Both the position numbers and the translations under genes were made by a program. Below, one piece after another: positions 42,474 through 55,249 of a DNA stretch of 64,000 nt; the stretch's first letter is position 1, and each line of letters begins with the position of its first letter. The stretch comes from Paramoeba atlantica (lineage: Eukaryota; Protista; Discosea). The notes under the pieces were generated by a model, which did no database searches, was not told the origin of the DNA, and was given only the letters and a program-made list of their open reading frames with translations. The stretch is from positions 124,001 through 188,000 of the forward strand of contig CDRNVI010000055.1 of assembly GCA_977017575.1 (NCBI GenBank), read 5' to 3'.

Positions 42474-42675
42474 CATTGTCTTCTAAAAAGGGGGCAATCC
42501 CGTTGAATGCGGGTCATACCCCCGACTTACTCTACTGGAAAGTATGAAAAAAATAAATCATGGAGCTCGACTTCACATTTTAATAGTATTGAGAATTCGT
42601 ATATTTGTGTTTACTAATTAAACCCATGTTTCTTATTTCTACTATGATATACTGGAGCACCGAATCCGGATTGGA

Positions 42676-43089
42676 ATGCAATTATCTACCGTGCTAACCC
42701 CCGAATTACAAGGAGTATGGGAATTCTTACATCAGTGGATCGTGCTAACGCAAAGCAAAGGAAGTGCAAGTTTTGATGACAAGGAACATTTAAAGTTAGG
42801 ACAAATGCTCTTAGATCGATTAAGAATCAAGCAGGCAGTGATGAAGGGAGCCGACCCACAATATGTGGAGACGCACTATGGGAATCAGCGTGATCCAACA
42901 GATCAGCTCGGAACGATGTTGGCTACCAGTATCCAATACAACCGATCTCGGGGACGATCGTACACAACTAACACCCGGGGAATGCGCCGACCCTACGCGA
43001 CCCGACGGTATTATGACCAACCACGATCGTACGAAACCAAGCCATCACGCCCGGATTTTTATTCGCGGGGGTCTGGCGGAACAAAGTGA
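42676..43089 (+). pseudogene. Gag-like C-terminal fragment of element #6
   Basis: Homologous to the C-terminus of 9087..10196 (DPTDQLGTML...YNRSRGR...GGTK). Confidence 0.7.
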
Positions 43090-45997
43090 CTCAGAGAAGT
43101 CCGCCCCCGGGCAAAAAGCCAGTTAAAAGCAAGTTTGGAGTTCGGCAGTTTAAGGCAAGTAGTAAGGAAGAAAGAGTCGCAGAAGATAAGTCAGTTACGG
43201 CGCGCCAGAAAGATTCAGAGCGTGCTAAAAAGCAAGTTCAGCGTACCGGGTACCACGAACGGGGGACAAGAACCGCGGGAGGAAGAGAAACCCCGCCAAG
43301 ATACGATACCTGGGCGAATCGATACGCCCCACTCCGCCCCGACTACGGCAGGCGTATATATCCGCGAAGTGCGATACGTCCTGATGGAAATGGGAATAAA
43401 CAATTCCAAAACACAGAGGCAGCTGCTAAACATGTGGGCACGGACGACATGGTTGACACGGGGCCGTTTATTAAGGCAAATGCGAGCAGCAAACCTGACG
43501 CTAGAGGACGGCAGTGTGGTAGCATTTGTCGCGAGCCTCAACGTGCGCAAGCAGACGAAGCACACATACATCAAGCACCTGATCTCAATCCTGACCCAGG
43601 CCAAGAAGCCGGCAACACACTCGCAAATGTACGCGAAGACACTGGTGCGGGAAGGAGCAGCGATACCAGAACGGCAGGCGAAACCGATAACAAAGGACCA
43701 AATAGACAGATTACTCCCGAGCATGACAGCGGACATGGCAATAGTGGTATTAGTCGCGTACAAGACGGCATCTCGTGCAGGCGAGGTATCGAAAATGAAG
43801 AGAAGCGATGTTATAACACTACAGCCAAACCGTGTAGTAATACATTGGGGACAACGAACGAAATCAACGAAAACGCAACCATTTCGCCCCGATTCTTTCG
43901 TGGTGATCGAGGGGGATTATACCGAACGAATATATCGAATATTAAGACAACGAAATTTTTACGGACACACCTGGGCAACGGTTGCACTTCTCACAGCCTC
44001 AAACATGGGGCAGTCCACGGTTTAATGGAACAGGTATCACGAGGAAATCTTACACTCGAAGAGGTAGTGAGAGTGACCCAACACAAGCAATTGGGAACAC
44101 TACTGAGATACTCGGGAACGAACGAGACGACAGCTTTAGCTTTGGGTACCCAAAGGAGTACGCGCACACTGTAAAAATGAACGAGAACACTTATGGAAAA
44201 CAAGGTACGGAACCAATACGGGAATTGCGCGTACAAAAAGGAGGCGACGAGCGGCTGATCGCATGGTGGGATCGGAGCGCAAAGGATAGCGCGTGGAATC
44301 CGCGTCGTGTGTGGTCACGACTGCATAGGAAAACCGAGCGACCTACTCCAGAGATGATGGAAGCAGTACCAATACATGCGCAGCGAGTGGAGCCCTTAGA
44401 CCTGGAACGGGCTAAGTGGTTGATGCTACCACATATAAGAGAGCGATTCGATTATCTGTGGAACGAAATTACACGACCGTCCGTCTCGCCATACTTGAAA
44501 AATAATTCGCCCGTCAGCAAAGATGACTTAAGCCACGCCGACGTCAAGTCTCTACTCGGAGCGGACATCATCGAAAGAGTGGATAACGAAAGCACAGAAC
44601 CCACAAGAGCATGGGTATTTCCTTTTACCAATCTGGAACAACGAGAGGGAAAGTTCAGAAGGCGATTTATAGCGTGGCCGAAGGAGCATAATAATGCAAT
44701 CGAAGAATCATATGACGCGGTGGTACCGTTACAACAACCGGTAACGTACACGGCCAAGGTACAGGAAGAAACGGCAACATTGCGTGACCTCGCCTCGGCA
44801 TTTTATCAGGTGGAATTGCCAGGAACAACAAGATCATACTATCGGTTTCGACATAACGGAGCGATATATCAGATGAAACGCATGCCGATGGGGCACGCTA
44901 TGGCCCCAGAAGTTATGCAAACGCTAACGGGGATTATAGCGGGGCACACGGCTTATACGACGGCTCCCAGTGAATGACAAAGGTGGGGCTCTCCTGACAT
45001 ATATGTCGATGGGTTACGAATGTGTTCGTCATGGGCGGCGTGTACGGATTATGGAGCTTGGGTCGACGCCCGAGCAAAATACATTGGGGCAATCTTCAAG
45101 GAGAATGATACAACGGCAGTCATTGACTATGAATGGCTCGGTGTGCAGTACAATCATGCAAAGAATAGTTATAGAATGTCAACACGGTTCATTGATAAAA
45201 TCCCAGGAACTTTGCCGTTACAGTCTTATTTCTGTTATTACGAAACGCTATGCGCACGACTGGTATACGCGTCCGGAATCTTGTCTATAAACATGCCCAA
45301 ATATTATTGGACCATCAAGTACACTCGCAGACAAGTGTCAAAAATGAATAAGGGTCTTATCGGGGAGATGAATATGACGCAACCTCCCGAAGGCGCCCTG
45401 AGGCAGTTGCATACATGGGCACACGAAGTACGAAGTAACGAATGGCAACAATATCACGAGCCATCTTTCCAGGCCGCGACTATGTACACCGATGCATCCT
45501 TAGACGGCTGGGGGGCAGTACTATTTCTTCCCGATGGCACCGTGTACGGAACAGGGGCGGCCTGGGCGAAGAAGACGAAGATAAATGAGGGCGAGGCCCT
45601 GGCGATAGAAAGGGCGTTGTACGCGTTTCAAAAACATTGGGACCAAATGCTTAAAATCTATATACATATTGACAACACAAGTGTGCACTACGCGTTGCGG
45701 AAACAATGGGCCGAATCAGAAGCAATAGCCCGCGTGCTGGCGAGGCTACTGGAAGTAGCAGCGACACAACGCATGACACTCATTCCAAGATACGTAACGA
45801 CTAAAGAAAACTGCGCTGATCCGTGGAGTAGGAATCGGTTTGATACCTGGCGAAAGGGGGGAATATACGAACTGATTCAAAGTCGGACTGGCGAAAGGGC
45901 GGGTGCGGACGGCCCGCTCGTTAGTAACAATGCAAGTTTAACGGATAGAGAAAATGAGCATGCATACACGAATAAAGGACAGTATTTGAAATTATAA
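43086..45997 (+). pseudogene. RT-RNase H of element #6 (overlaps YR in the -1 frame)
   Basis: LRDLASAFYQ, MPMGHAMAPE, DIYVDG (shifted frame at ~45000), MYTDASLDGWG, HIDNTS, NCADPWSR. Confidence 0.85.
43135..44174 (+). pseudogene. Tyrosine recombinase of element #6
   Basis: YKTASRAGE, RTKSTK; after a frameshift, TSHSLKHGA and TQHKQLGTLLRY. Confidence 0.85.
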
Positions 45998-46130
45998 TAA
46001 GGTGGAAGCAAATAATTTCCTACAAATTATGCAAGTAAGTTTTACCTTTTACTAATCCATAGTTACGCTAAATGACTTCGAAGAATGACAGATGTACGCC
46101 GCAACCTGATTACTACTCTTTTTCTTTGAA

Positions 46131-49100
46131 ATGGGCATGCTCACGCGTGCCAAAGCGAAGGAGACGGGGGTAGCTCCCGTCGTCCAGTCGCTTCCCCCCA
46201 CACGCCGGAAGAAGAGACTCCCCGCGGAAAAGCCAACGCTACTACCGCCGCCATCGCCACCACCGCCCCAGCAACGATCGCCACCACCACCACAGCCACC
46301 ACTGCAGCCACCACCGCAACGATCGGACCAATCGTCAATCAATTTCACGGCCCCGAAGTCGCGTGAGCCATCATGCAACAGACCGGAGAAAGGCAGCGCG
46401 AGTTGCGAAACAAGCGTATCAACAAAGAACACCTCCCTAACCTCTTACCCTTCAATAGGCAAAGCGCCGCCCGGTAAAATCGTCATCCGTCGACGCGGCA
46501 CTCGTTATAGATCCTTCCAGCACCTGCTTGATACAATGAAAGAACAGGAGGCTGTCGCAAAAGAAACCGCCACGAAGGAAGCTGCCGCGAAAGCGATAAC
46601 AGCGAAACAGGCTTCACAAGAAGGACTCGAAAAAGTAATTCCAAACCGGGTAGCGGTAAATCAGACAAATCGGCTGGCGGCCATCGGGAAAGTGGCCGAT
46701 TTTGTCGGGAAAACAGTCTGGAAGGGACTTCAAACCCTCAACGGAGCTCATTTATTGAAGAGAGATGAAAGCCCACTAAAAAAACAATACGTCAACGGCT
46801 ACTCAAATCATGGGGAGGGATGGTTTCACGACGTGCGAGGTTTCGACATCTTCTCCGACGCGCCCGAAGGGGATACACCTGATACGTATTTCACGCCTGT
46901 AAAACCCGATTATCGGACTCCCAACGATGATGAAACACCACCTACATGTACATCGCGTGCATCACAATCGGAGCAGGATGAAAATGAAACGGCGGGAGAC
47001 TTCCACGATTGCGAATCTCCTCCACCCTTTTCCACCACCAAGGCAGAGGCCGCCGTCTCGAATGCACAGGCTGGACACGCAGAAACAAGAACTCTTTCTC
47101 CGCAATATCCCCCCCTCCCAGCACCTCTTCCGGTAGACAACGAAAACAACCCGTCGATCCCACTACCGATCGGTGAACTTTACACTGCCGGAGTGGTTGA
47201 AAGAGAGGATGGTGATTATAGCATAGGGGAGATAATTCAACCCACCGAAAATCAGGAAGGTACGACAGAAGGAGGACACGAGCCCGACAAGGTCAACTCG
47301 ATCGATCCGCATGCCAGACACGACGACTTAGAAAGAATTTGCTTCGACGAAGAAGTCGATTCTGGACGGCTATGCACTGAGCTTGGGTCTATGTCACCGC
47401 AGTCTCACTATCCGATTCCCGCCGATCATTTGTGGAATGCCTCGAAACATGTCAAAAAGGGAGCGATGTGCACCATCGCATGGACATTCGATAACCGAGA
47501 CCAGATCAATATATCTATTGGCAAAGTTACCAGCGTGAATAGGAGAAAAGGTGTCGCCAAATTGAACTTGCAATACAAAGGTATTGCAGGCCACAAGATC
47601 GATGAAGAATTTTTCGGAACGCTGCCACCACAAGAAACGGTTAGAGTGTACAAAATTATATGGCACTGTACTCCACCGCCCCCAGAAACCTGTCCACCAA
47701 AGCTGAACCAGTCGATCCCGCACATTCCCAATGCAGCCCTTCCCGTCCCTGATTGGACTGACGACGACCTGGACCGCGCACCTATCCCAACATCACGAGT
47801 TATGAAGCCTGAGTTAATACCAGGCGTCATCGTCACTTACCGAGAAATAATGAGTGACTACGCGAACGGCCCTTACCCACAAAGACACAAAATCTGGCAC
47901 GCGGTCCTCTCGGCCATGAAAACATCCTTAGCTACACTTCGACAACAATCCAATCGCAACAGACGTCGGCGACCATTCCCGCCGGAGGAAACAGCGCGAG
48001 ACTCAGCCCAACAGAATACGAAAGATGGGAAAGCACTTTTGGATCGTTCGAATGGAAAAGAAGACAATGGAGACGAACTTTCGGAGAACAAGGGAGACCT
48101 CACGGCTTCTGATAAACGAGCCATTAAAAGAGCAACACGGCTCGTGATAGAAGGATATGCCAGGAAAGGAGCTCAAGTGCTTGACCGCAAAATTAAGAAG
48201 CAATACTTATCCGAAGAAGAGACATTCAAGAAACTTCAAGACTTACACCCACAAAACCCATACGAACTTGATCTTCCATGTGACGCCCCCCTAATAGGCG
48301 GACTCACCCCTACTGAACTCCGCTCTGCTGGGTTGCGCCTCGCCAAAGGAGCTAGCCCCGGACCAACTGGTACGACGGACACGATAGTACGCATACTCAT
48401 CGATGACCCTGTATGCTGCGGGAGTCTTTGCCACATGATTCAGGACCTGATCAATGGATTTCTCACTAAAGAACTGATGCGCCGATTAACACGAGCAAGG
48501 TTAATTGGTATTCCCAAGCCTGACGGAGGCATCCGCCCGATCGCAATTGGTGAAGTCCTAATGAAACTTTCTGGCTTGGTCCTTGTTCAGCGATTTGAAC
48601 CCACCCTGCAACCGCTATTTGCGCCGCTCCAACAAGGAGTTCTATCCAAGTCAGGCTGCGAGAAGATTGTACATCGGCTAAACTCCCTATATCGCGACGG
48701 CTCGTGCATCCTATCCGTAGATGTAAAAAACGCCTTCAACTCCCCATCGCGACCAGCCCTGGCGAAAGCCGTATATGGTCTTGCTACATTGAAACCCTTC
48801 CAGAGGTTTTTCTATGCTGAATACGCAACGGCATCTGAGCTGCTATACTACGGAAATCAAGGTCAACATGTAGGAACAATTCCAAGCACAAATGGTGTCC
48901 GACAAGGGTCCACACTTTCATCGGTTTATTTCTGTGCCCTATTGCAACCAATCCTTGAAACTCTGTCTGCAGAGCACCCTGATATCACAATCAACGCTTA
49001 TGTCGATGATGTAACTATTGCGTCAAAAAACCCCGAGCGATTGGCCAGTGCCTTCTCCCGACTAAAAACGCTTCTAGAGGAACAAAATCTAATAGTTGCT

Positions 49101-50520
49101 CCCAAAAAATGTGTCTGGTTTGGCGGACTGGAAGAAGAACCATTACCACAAGAATTAGAGAGCGCCGGGGTAATCACCAAAAAAAAATTCCTTGGGGCTT
49201 TCATCGGGGACGACGAATCGGTCAGCGAACGCTTAATACAGTCACTGACGAAGCACAACGACAGCTTCCGACGGCTCAAATTGATGGGGGTTAACAATGT
49301 ATCGTGCAATCTGCTTTCCAGATGTATAAACGTTAGACAGGCCTACCACCTCCGTGCACACAACCCCACCGCTTCAGCTGAACTAGCGACCCGATTCGAC
49401 AAAGAGGTAGAAAACGTTCTTACATCATGGTTCGGACATCTCTCGGATGAACAAATCGCGTTGCTGCGAATGCCCACAAAAAAAGGAGGACTTGGCTTGA
49501 CAGACTGCTCTTCCACGCGAGAGGCCGCGTACCGCTCCTCATGCCACTCTGTTCTTGAGCGCCCCATAAACAATTCAGCTCGGACAGATGGAATCACGGA
49601 GCGAAATGTTGGATCAGCGGACCACCTTCAGAGCAACATACCTCCTGTAGACGAAACCACGACGGCGGCTCAAAAGCACATCAAAATTTGGAAAAAGAGC
49701 AATCAAACATAGCGAGCAATCAAACATAGCGAAGGTACTCGAAAAAGTAACACACAAAGGCAATAACGGATGGACGCACTCTGACGCGCGACTCATACCA
49801 TCACACCTGTTCAGTCTCGCCGTCATGCCCCGATTGGGAATCGCTCACCCAGATCTGCCATCACACATCACATGCCCCGGCTGCAGAATTCTTCTTGACT
49901 CCGATTCAATCTTGACACACATCATGGGCTGTACAAAATGCGGTGGTCTCAATGCCACGACTAAACACAACACTCTGGTCAACTTCATTTACGAACTCTG
50001 TATGAAAACAGGCATTCCGTGCGAAAAGGAGCCCCGTGCACTGTCAACTTTCCGCTGCACACAATGTAACGAGATCGTTAACCCCAATCACCGAAAACTT
50101 CACGAGAAAACGTGTGGTGGGCGGTCGTTTCATCGGTCCGGTCCTGACATTGTTATATATTGGGCAACCGGCGAGATATACTACGATCTAACAGTCATCC
50201 ACGAATTGGCACCCTCAAACCTTGACACAAAGTGTGCACATTTATTCCGCGACGCCTGTCGACGAAAACATGACACATACGTCAAGACCGGGAAGATCAT
50301 GGCTGAAAGCTTTCAATGTATACCTGTCCTCTCAGGGGGTGCAATGCATTCAAACACGAAGGCTCTTATGGATGCTCTCGCAGATGCCTGTGGAATGCAG
50401 CGCAAACGGGTTTATGCCGAATTTCAGCTATTGTTGCAGGAGCTTAATGGGGCGGTAGCATATTCACAGCTGAGTCGATACCTTCGCAAGGAGGATAAAA
50501 GTCGGGAATATGCCTTCTAA
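46131..50520 (+). pseudogene. CRE-type RT-RLE polyprotein
   Basis: GGIRPIAIGE, DVKNAFNS, GVRQGSTLS, NAYVDD, KKGGLG, CPGC...HIMGC, GPDIV...YDLTV. Confidence 0.9.
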
Positions 50521-50621
50521 AGCACGGAACAATGCGTCTTCGCCAGTGCACTGATTTCAATTCGCTGAGAATCTAACGCTGAGAATCTAAGAACATATAA
50601 TATAAGAATGAGAAAAAAAAA
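46131..50621 (+). mobile_element. Near full-length CRE/SLACS-like non-LTR element with poly(A)
   Basis: ORF 46131..49712 plus 49825..50520, broken by a 17-bp tandem duplication (49697-49730); A9 tail at 50613-50621. Confidence 0.9.
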
Positions 50622-51052
50622 GATATTTTCTTAAATGGGGGGTAGCGTTCTTTATAAAAAGATCCATGCAAAATAGATAAAGACAAGCAGGATGAATTTA
50701 ACGCCAATTTATTTGACGCGTGGCAAAAAAGTAACCATGGCCCCTCAGGGAACCAGCTCCCTTACCCGGCTTAAACCTCTTGGGTAAGCTGTGTTGACGT
50801 ACAATTCGTCGACGCATCGTGTCGGCAACAGCACGTTGGTGCCGCCTTGGGCAAGCGGAAACTGGTAAAGGACGTCGGCCTCGGAACCTCCAAATCTGTC
50901 TGTGAAGGGTCTGGCTTGCCAGTGACCATCCGGAGCAATGGATTTGGATTGGATTTGGCAGTTATGCATCTCCGGCTGCTCCCCCGTCCCAGTGACGGGA
51001 CCCCGGGGCCGGACGACCCCTGTCGCGGTACGGCTGTTCGGGAGGCCGTGCC

Positions 51053-53300
51053 GTGGAGAAAGTAAACTGCCCTGGTCCCGGCCAGGTCCCGATCAGAGAT
51101 TATATTTTAGGTCACGATCAGATTTTGAAAAACATAAATTATATAGAGCTTCCGGAAGACGTGTTAGACAGCCGCGTGCAACGAGCGGAAGACATTTTCC
51201 GCGAAAAGTTTTCTCCTGGAACGCAGGGGATCATGAAAAGAACATGGAGGAGATTCGTGAGTTTCGTGGAAGGAGTCCACACCTTGGGATATGTGCTAGA
51301 CGAAGAGAGAATGCTTGCAGCTTTCGCTCTCCATCTATACGACCAAGAGAAGGTAAAAGGTCAAACGGTGGTACACTACCTGTGCCATCTGGTAAACGAG
51401 TACTCGCTCTCGGGGGTAAAACTGGATATAGCTCGAATAGACGCTTTGAAAGCGGCCATGATGAGGAGGGCCACTCCCGCTATAAAGGCAAATCCTATGA
51501 CCCACGAACAAGTAATTCAATTTTTGGATCAACCGCAGTTAACAGAGATCGAAAAAACGTTCGTGATGGTTTATTGGCTCAGCGGACAGAGACCTAGAGA
51601 ACTGTTAGCTCTGGACGTAGACGAAGTGTCAGTGACTTCCGAGGCGAACGACGAAACTCACCTAGCCATATGGATGCTAAGTCATACCAAGAATGTTACG
51701 AATCAGGAAAGAAGTACTCCGCGCTGCATAAGAATGGTGGTCCCGCTGGTCTGGAGGACAATTCGGACGTCTCTGTGGAATGCTCGCCGGTTAGGTCGCG
51801 AACAGTGGTTCGAGGGAGTAGAATGGAGAACTCTAAATCTCGCCTTGAAGGAATTACCGGCGGCGCTGAATCACCCTCGACTGAGACAGTTTCAGTCTAT
51901 ATTCCATTCGCAGGGGAGCGCTCCAACACCTGGCGGCTTTGGAAGTCTCAGCGCAAGACATTCAATGTTTGACTCGGCACGTATCGGAAAACTCTCTCCG
52001 AGCGTATCTGGGATCCTATATGGATCCGAAAGCGGTAAAAGGTCTGGAAGTGTCCAGACTATTAGGACAACCCGCTCCCCTGTATTCAGAATTTCCTGTA
52101 GAAGAGAGTCGAACGACTACGTTGGAAAATACCCCGCGGACCCCATCAACGAGGGGGTCGATCATCGAGATCGATTCACCTCTCCCGGGGACCCAAATTT
52201 TCCCCAGGTTAATGGAGAAAAGGGTTCCTTGCGAAATGAGGCAGGCGGACCCATCGGAGCAACAGGACAGTTTTATACCCGTGGACTCACCTGTCGAAAC
52301 GACGAGTTTAAACCCCCCCTGCTCGAACCACCAGAGGTTCGAGACACCCCTGTATCAAAAGGTGGCACGAGCATTTCCGTTATCAAACCTGTTTCCTCAT
52401 TTTCCCCCGCCCGACAACGTGTCAATATTGGCCAGAAGCGTTCCTGTTTCCACCGTACCGGAACTCACTCCTCCGTTTTCCGAGAGCCCTTGCAAACGAG
52501 ATCAAAACCATCGATTCCCATCAGCACTACGAAACCCGTTTGGAACCCCCCCTCCTTTTCAATTGCTTGCCACCCCTGTTTTCGGGTCGGCCCCCCATCA
52601 ACAGGGTGTTCGAAGTCAATTACACTTTCCCCTTTCCCCTTGCCCTGTCCAGCCGAAGATCAATCGGGAAACAGATGCTCCAGTCCAGGCCTTATTTCTA
52701 GCCACGACACCACGGACAGAAAACCCAGATCCGATAAGGACCCCCTCTGCCTCGCGGTCCGAGGTCCCTCAGGAAGATACTCCGGATCCGAGGGGGGTTT
52801 CTCCTGCCCCTCGCGCGGCTACATCACATCTGAAGACGCTGGGTCAGGGGGAATGTTCGCATGCTCTTCGGGAAGCAACCCCATATCAGGAAGCATCAAA
52901 CCGCGCCACCCCACTTCTCACACCCGGTTTCGCCACCCCGCCGACCCCGTTCAATTTCCTGACGTTTCGGGATGCAGATCATTGGACCCCACCTCCGCAA
53001 CCAACGCCGCCACCAAACCCCGCCTCAATAATTCATTACGATCCCCCGCCGCAGATAAAAAGGCACAGAGTTCCTGCATACCTGTACAACCCAACGGGGA
53101 CGGACTACGCGTTCCCAGTTCAATCACGAGCGAGATTCAAAAAAGCCAAACTGGACGAACAAGAGCGGAAACTGGCAAAAGCGGAACAGGAGGATATGGA
53201 AGCTTTAAGAGAGATGGAGACCGATATAGAGCGGGACCTACATGTCCCAACAAAAACGAGGCGATCACAGATAGTGGAGCCTGCGTCGCCGCACCAATAG
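51053..53300 (+). pseudogene. Tyrosine recombinase of element #5 with a long Pro-rich C-terminal extension (1-nt frameshift ~51885)
   Basis: WLSGQRPRE and HTKN in the 51053 frame; YSIRRGALQHLA and LTRHVSENSLRAY in the 51939 frame. Confidence 0.8.
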
Positions 53301-54883
53301 GTGTCGGCACCTCGCCATGGAAAGTATTATATGAGTTCGCGTCATACGGGTATGCGCGTTCCGGAAAACTTTTCAGCGAGAGAAACATACAGAAACCGCC
53401 GCAATGGCCTTTGGACCCGATGCCAGCGACGCGTTTAAATTTAGAATTATTAAAAAGCCTAGCACAAGCAGAACACCTGGAAGCTGAAGTCAATATATTA
53501 AAATACTTAGAAGATGAACCTTTTAGCAGTTTGACGTGTACAAAATGTACACCTGTCTACAGTGGCGAATCCAAGTACCTCGCCCCCTTTTTAGGCGATT
53601 TAGTGAAAAGTGGTATTTTGAAACCATTACCGCGTCGAAAAGCGAAAATCTGGATGTCAGCGTTTCTAGTTCCAAAACAGAGAAAACGTACCTTAAGAGC
53701 GATACTAAATGCGATCCCACTGAACGAGATACAGGAGATGGTTCCCGGACCATTACAGCTTCCGGGGTTATCTGACATTGCAGACATGATTCGGAGGCAC
53801 GACTTTTTCTGCGAAACAGACGGGAAGAGCTGGTACAATCAATTCGATCTTCCACAAGCGGCGTTACCATTCTTTGCGATTCGTGTTTCGGGTCGCACAT
53901 ACGCTTGGTCTACATTACCCATGGGGTGGAAGAGTTCAGTGAAGATCGCACATGCCGCTACATCCATTCTTCACCATTTACCGGGAGCTAAAAGTGAAAC
54001 CTTGATGTTCATTGATAATGGCTACCGGTTCTCAAATTCAACAAAGGACTTGGAGAACGACCTCGGTGAAGTTTTAGTAAGAGCAGAAAAAGTCTCAGCC
54101 ACTTTAGTCGTTACAACACCGCCGCAAGCGGCGGGAACCATTTTAGGCGTTCAGGTAGATCTCTCTCGAAAGACCCTTTGTTTACCCCGCGAATTTATTG
54201 AGAAGTTGGTAGCTTTGCGCAACACGTTTGAAACTCCTCAACGAATCCAATCTAGGCCCTCACATCGCTTAGTGTGGAAGGTACTGGGAACTATTTTTTG
54301 GGCCGCACGAGTGCTGGGGATTGCACAATGCGACTACATAACGGTGATGCTATGGATTCGCAACAGAGCCCGGTTTCTTTCTTGCAATCCGATCTACTGG
54401 GACAAGGCCCGTTGGATGCGACCGGAATTTGTTACAGCCTTGATTGAACTCCTAAATCGTATCGAAATCAACATACCCCGGAGCGTTGGAGAGTCAGCAG
54501 ACGAAAGTGAGCGTATCTACGTGGACGCGTCACAGGGCAGATGGGGTCTCGCCTGGTGGGAAGCAGGGAATCTACGAGATCGCAGTGGTATTTTTCCCTC
54601 CTGGTTGAAAGAGAAGCCAATCGCCTATAAAGAACTGTATGCTGCTGAGATGGGTCTGAAGGAATGTAAAGAACGAAAATTAAAAAATGTGACCATTATC
54701 TCTGACAACAAGAATGTAGTATCATGGATGTCGCGCTGGTGCGCGGGTCCTCCTCTTATTATGTCGTGGTTGCAGCGTCTGCGAAATGATTATTATGTGA
54801 AGGGCACGTTCAGGGAAATCATCTGGACGAGTTCGGATACAAATCTGGCGGATGCGCCATCCCGACGGGGAGGATCAGCCTAG
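51890..54883 (+). CDS. RT-RNase H ORF of element #5 with a long N-terminal extension overlapping YR
   Basis: FLVPK...LRAILNA, TDGKSWYNQF, LPMGWKSS, FIDN, IYVDASQGRWG, KELYAA, ISDN, NLADAPSR. The 1276-aa track ORF is a product of the YR frameshift; the real start is unknown. Confidence 0.85.
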   Translation, partial: FQSIFHSQGSAPTPGGFGSLSARHSMFDSARIGKLSPSVSGILYGSESGKRSGSVQTIRTTRSPVFRISCRRESNDYVGKYPADPINEGVDHRDRFTSPGDPNFPQVNGEKGSLRNEAGGPIGATGQFYTRGLTCRNDEFKPPLLEPPEVRDTPVSKGGTSISVIKPVSSFSPARQRVNIGQKRSCFHRTGTHSSVFREPLQTRSKPSIPISTTKPVWNPPSFSIACHPCFRVGPPSTGCSKSITLSPFPLPCPAEDQSGNRCSSPGLISSHDTTDRKPRSDKDPLCLAVRGPSGRYSGSEGGFSCPSRGYITSEDAGSGGMFACSSGSNPISGSIKPRHPTSHTRFRHPADPVQFPDVSGCRSLDPTSATNAATKPRLNNSLRSPAADKKAQSSCIPVQPNGDGLRVPSSITSEIQKSQTGRTRAETGKSGTGGYGSFKRDGDRYRAGPTCPNKNEAITDSGACVAAPIGVGTSPWKVLYEFASYGYARSGKLFSERNIQKPPQWPLDPMPATRLNLELLKSLAQAEHLEAEVNILKYLEDEPFSSLTCTKCTPVYSGESKYLAPFLGDLVKSGILKPLPRRKAKIWMSAFLVPKQRKRTLRAILNAIPLNEIQEMVPGPLQLPGLSDIADMIRRHDFFCETDGKSWYNQFDLPQAALPFFAIRVSGRTYAWSTLPMGWKSSVKIAHAATSILHHLPGAKSETLMFIDNGYRFSNSTKDLENDLGEVLVRAEKVSATLVVTTPPQAAGTILGVQVDLSRKTLCLPREFIEKLVALRNTFETPQRIQSRPSHRLVWKVLGTIFWAARVLGIAQCDYITVMLWIRNRARFLSCNPIYWDKARWMRPEFVTALIELLNRIEINIPRSVGESADESERIYVDASQGRWGLAWWEAGNLRDRSGIFPSWLKEKPIAYKELYAAEMGLKECKERKLKNVTIISDNKNVVSWMSRWCAGPPLIMSWLQRLRNDYYVKGTFREIIWTSSDTNLADAPSRRGGSA

Positions 54884-55249
54884 ACGGAAAATTGCTATTC
54901 GTGAAAAGCGAGGATTAAGATAAACTTACTGGAATTTCTATAGTTTCGCTTGGATAACAGCAACTAAATCCGTGGAACCGGAGGACGACCAACATGGTTA
55001 TACACTTATTCTGAAATATTTAAGAAACTACGACTTGAATTGAATATAAGCTTAGTACTAACGAACAGAACTGTATTACGTTATTGTGTTATTCTCAAAG
55101 TAGAAACTGTTCCCAACAGTGAAATTGTTGGCGTCTACCTCATTTAGCACATCCTTTTGGTATCTATATTTTCTTCTTCGCTCGGCATGTAACTCAGACG
55201 CTATGGAAAAAAAAGCACAGACAGCCGCTGACCTAGAGGCCAAGAATGG

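Larger units (their letters stand above)
32526..42561 (+). mobile_element. NeSL/R2-like RLE non-LTR element starting with an SL remnant, interrupted by a related minus-strand element
   Basis: TSD GGAGCTCGAC(TT)CACAT at 32511-32525 and 42562-42578; A-rich tail at 42547-42558; SL-like 24-mer at 32528-32551. Confidence 0.72.
42620..46100 (+). mobile_element. YR retrotransposon #6 (family B), 5'-truncated, frameshifted
   Basis: Gag C-half 42676..43089, YR 43135..44174 (frameshift ~43950), RT-RH to 45997 (frameshifts ~44960-45020). No terminal repeats recovered; boundaries approximate. Confidence 0.82.
31177..55034 (+). mobile_element. YR retrotransposon #5 (family C), split by ~18.6 kb of nested elements
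   Basis: 33-bp repeat ACACTTATTCTGAAATATTTAAGAAACTACGAC just before gag (31177-31209) and after RT-RH (55002-55034); 11-bp direct repeat CCCCTCAGGGA (32157-32167 and 50741-50751) flanks the intervening block. Confidence 0.65.

Noticed and set aside
51053-54883. Natural YR-RT single polyprotein of 1276 aa
   Set aside because: The YR HxxR and H/Y motifs lie in another frame after ~51885, so the fusion comes from a one-base indel.
55045-55080. Weak SL-like sequence on the minus strand (ATACAGTTCTGT)
   Set aside because: Gapped 12-nt match, diverges immediately and is not at an element 5' end.
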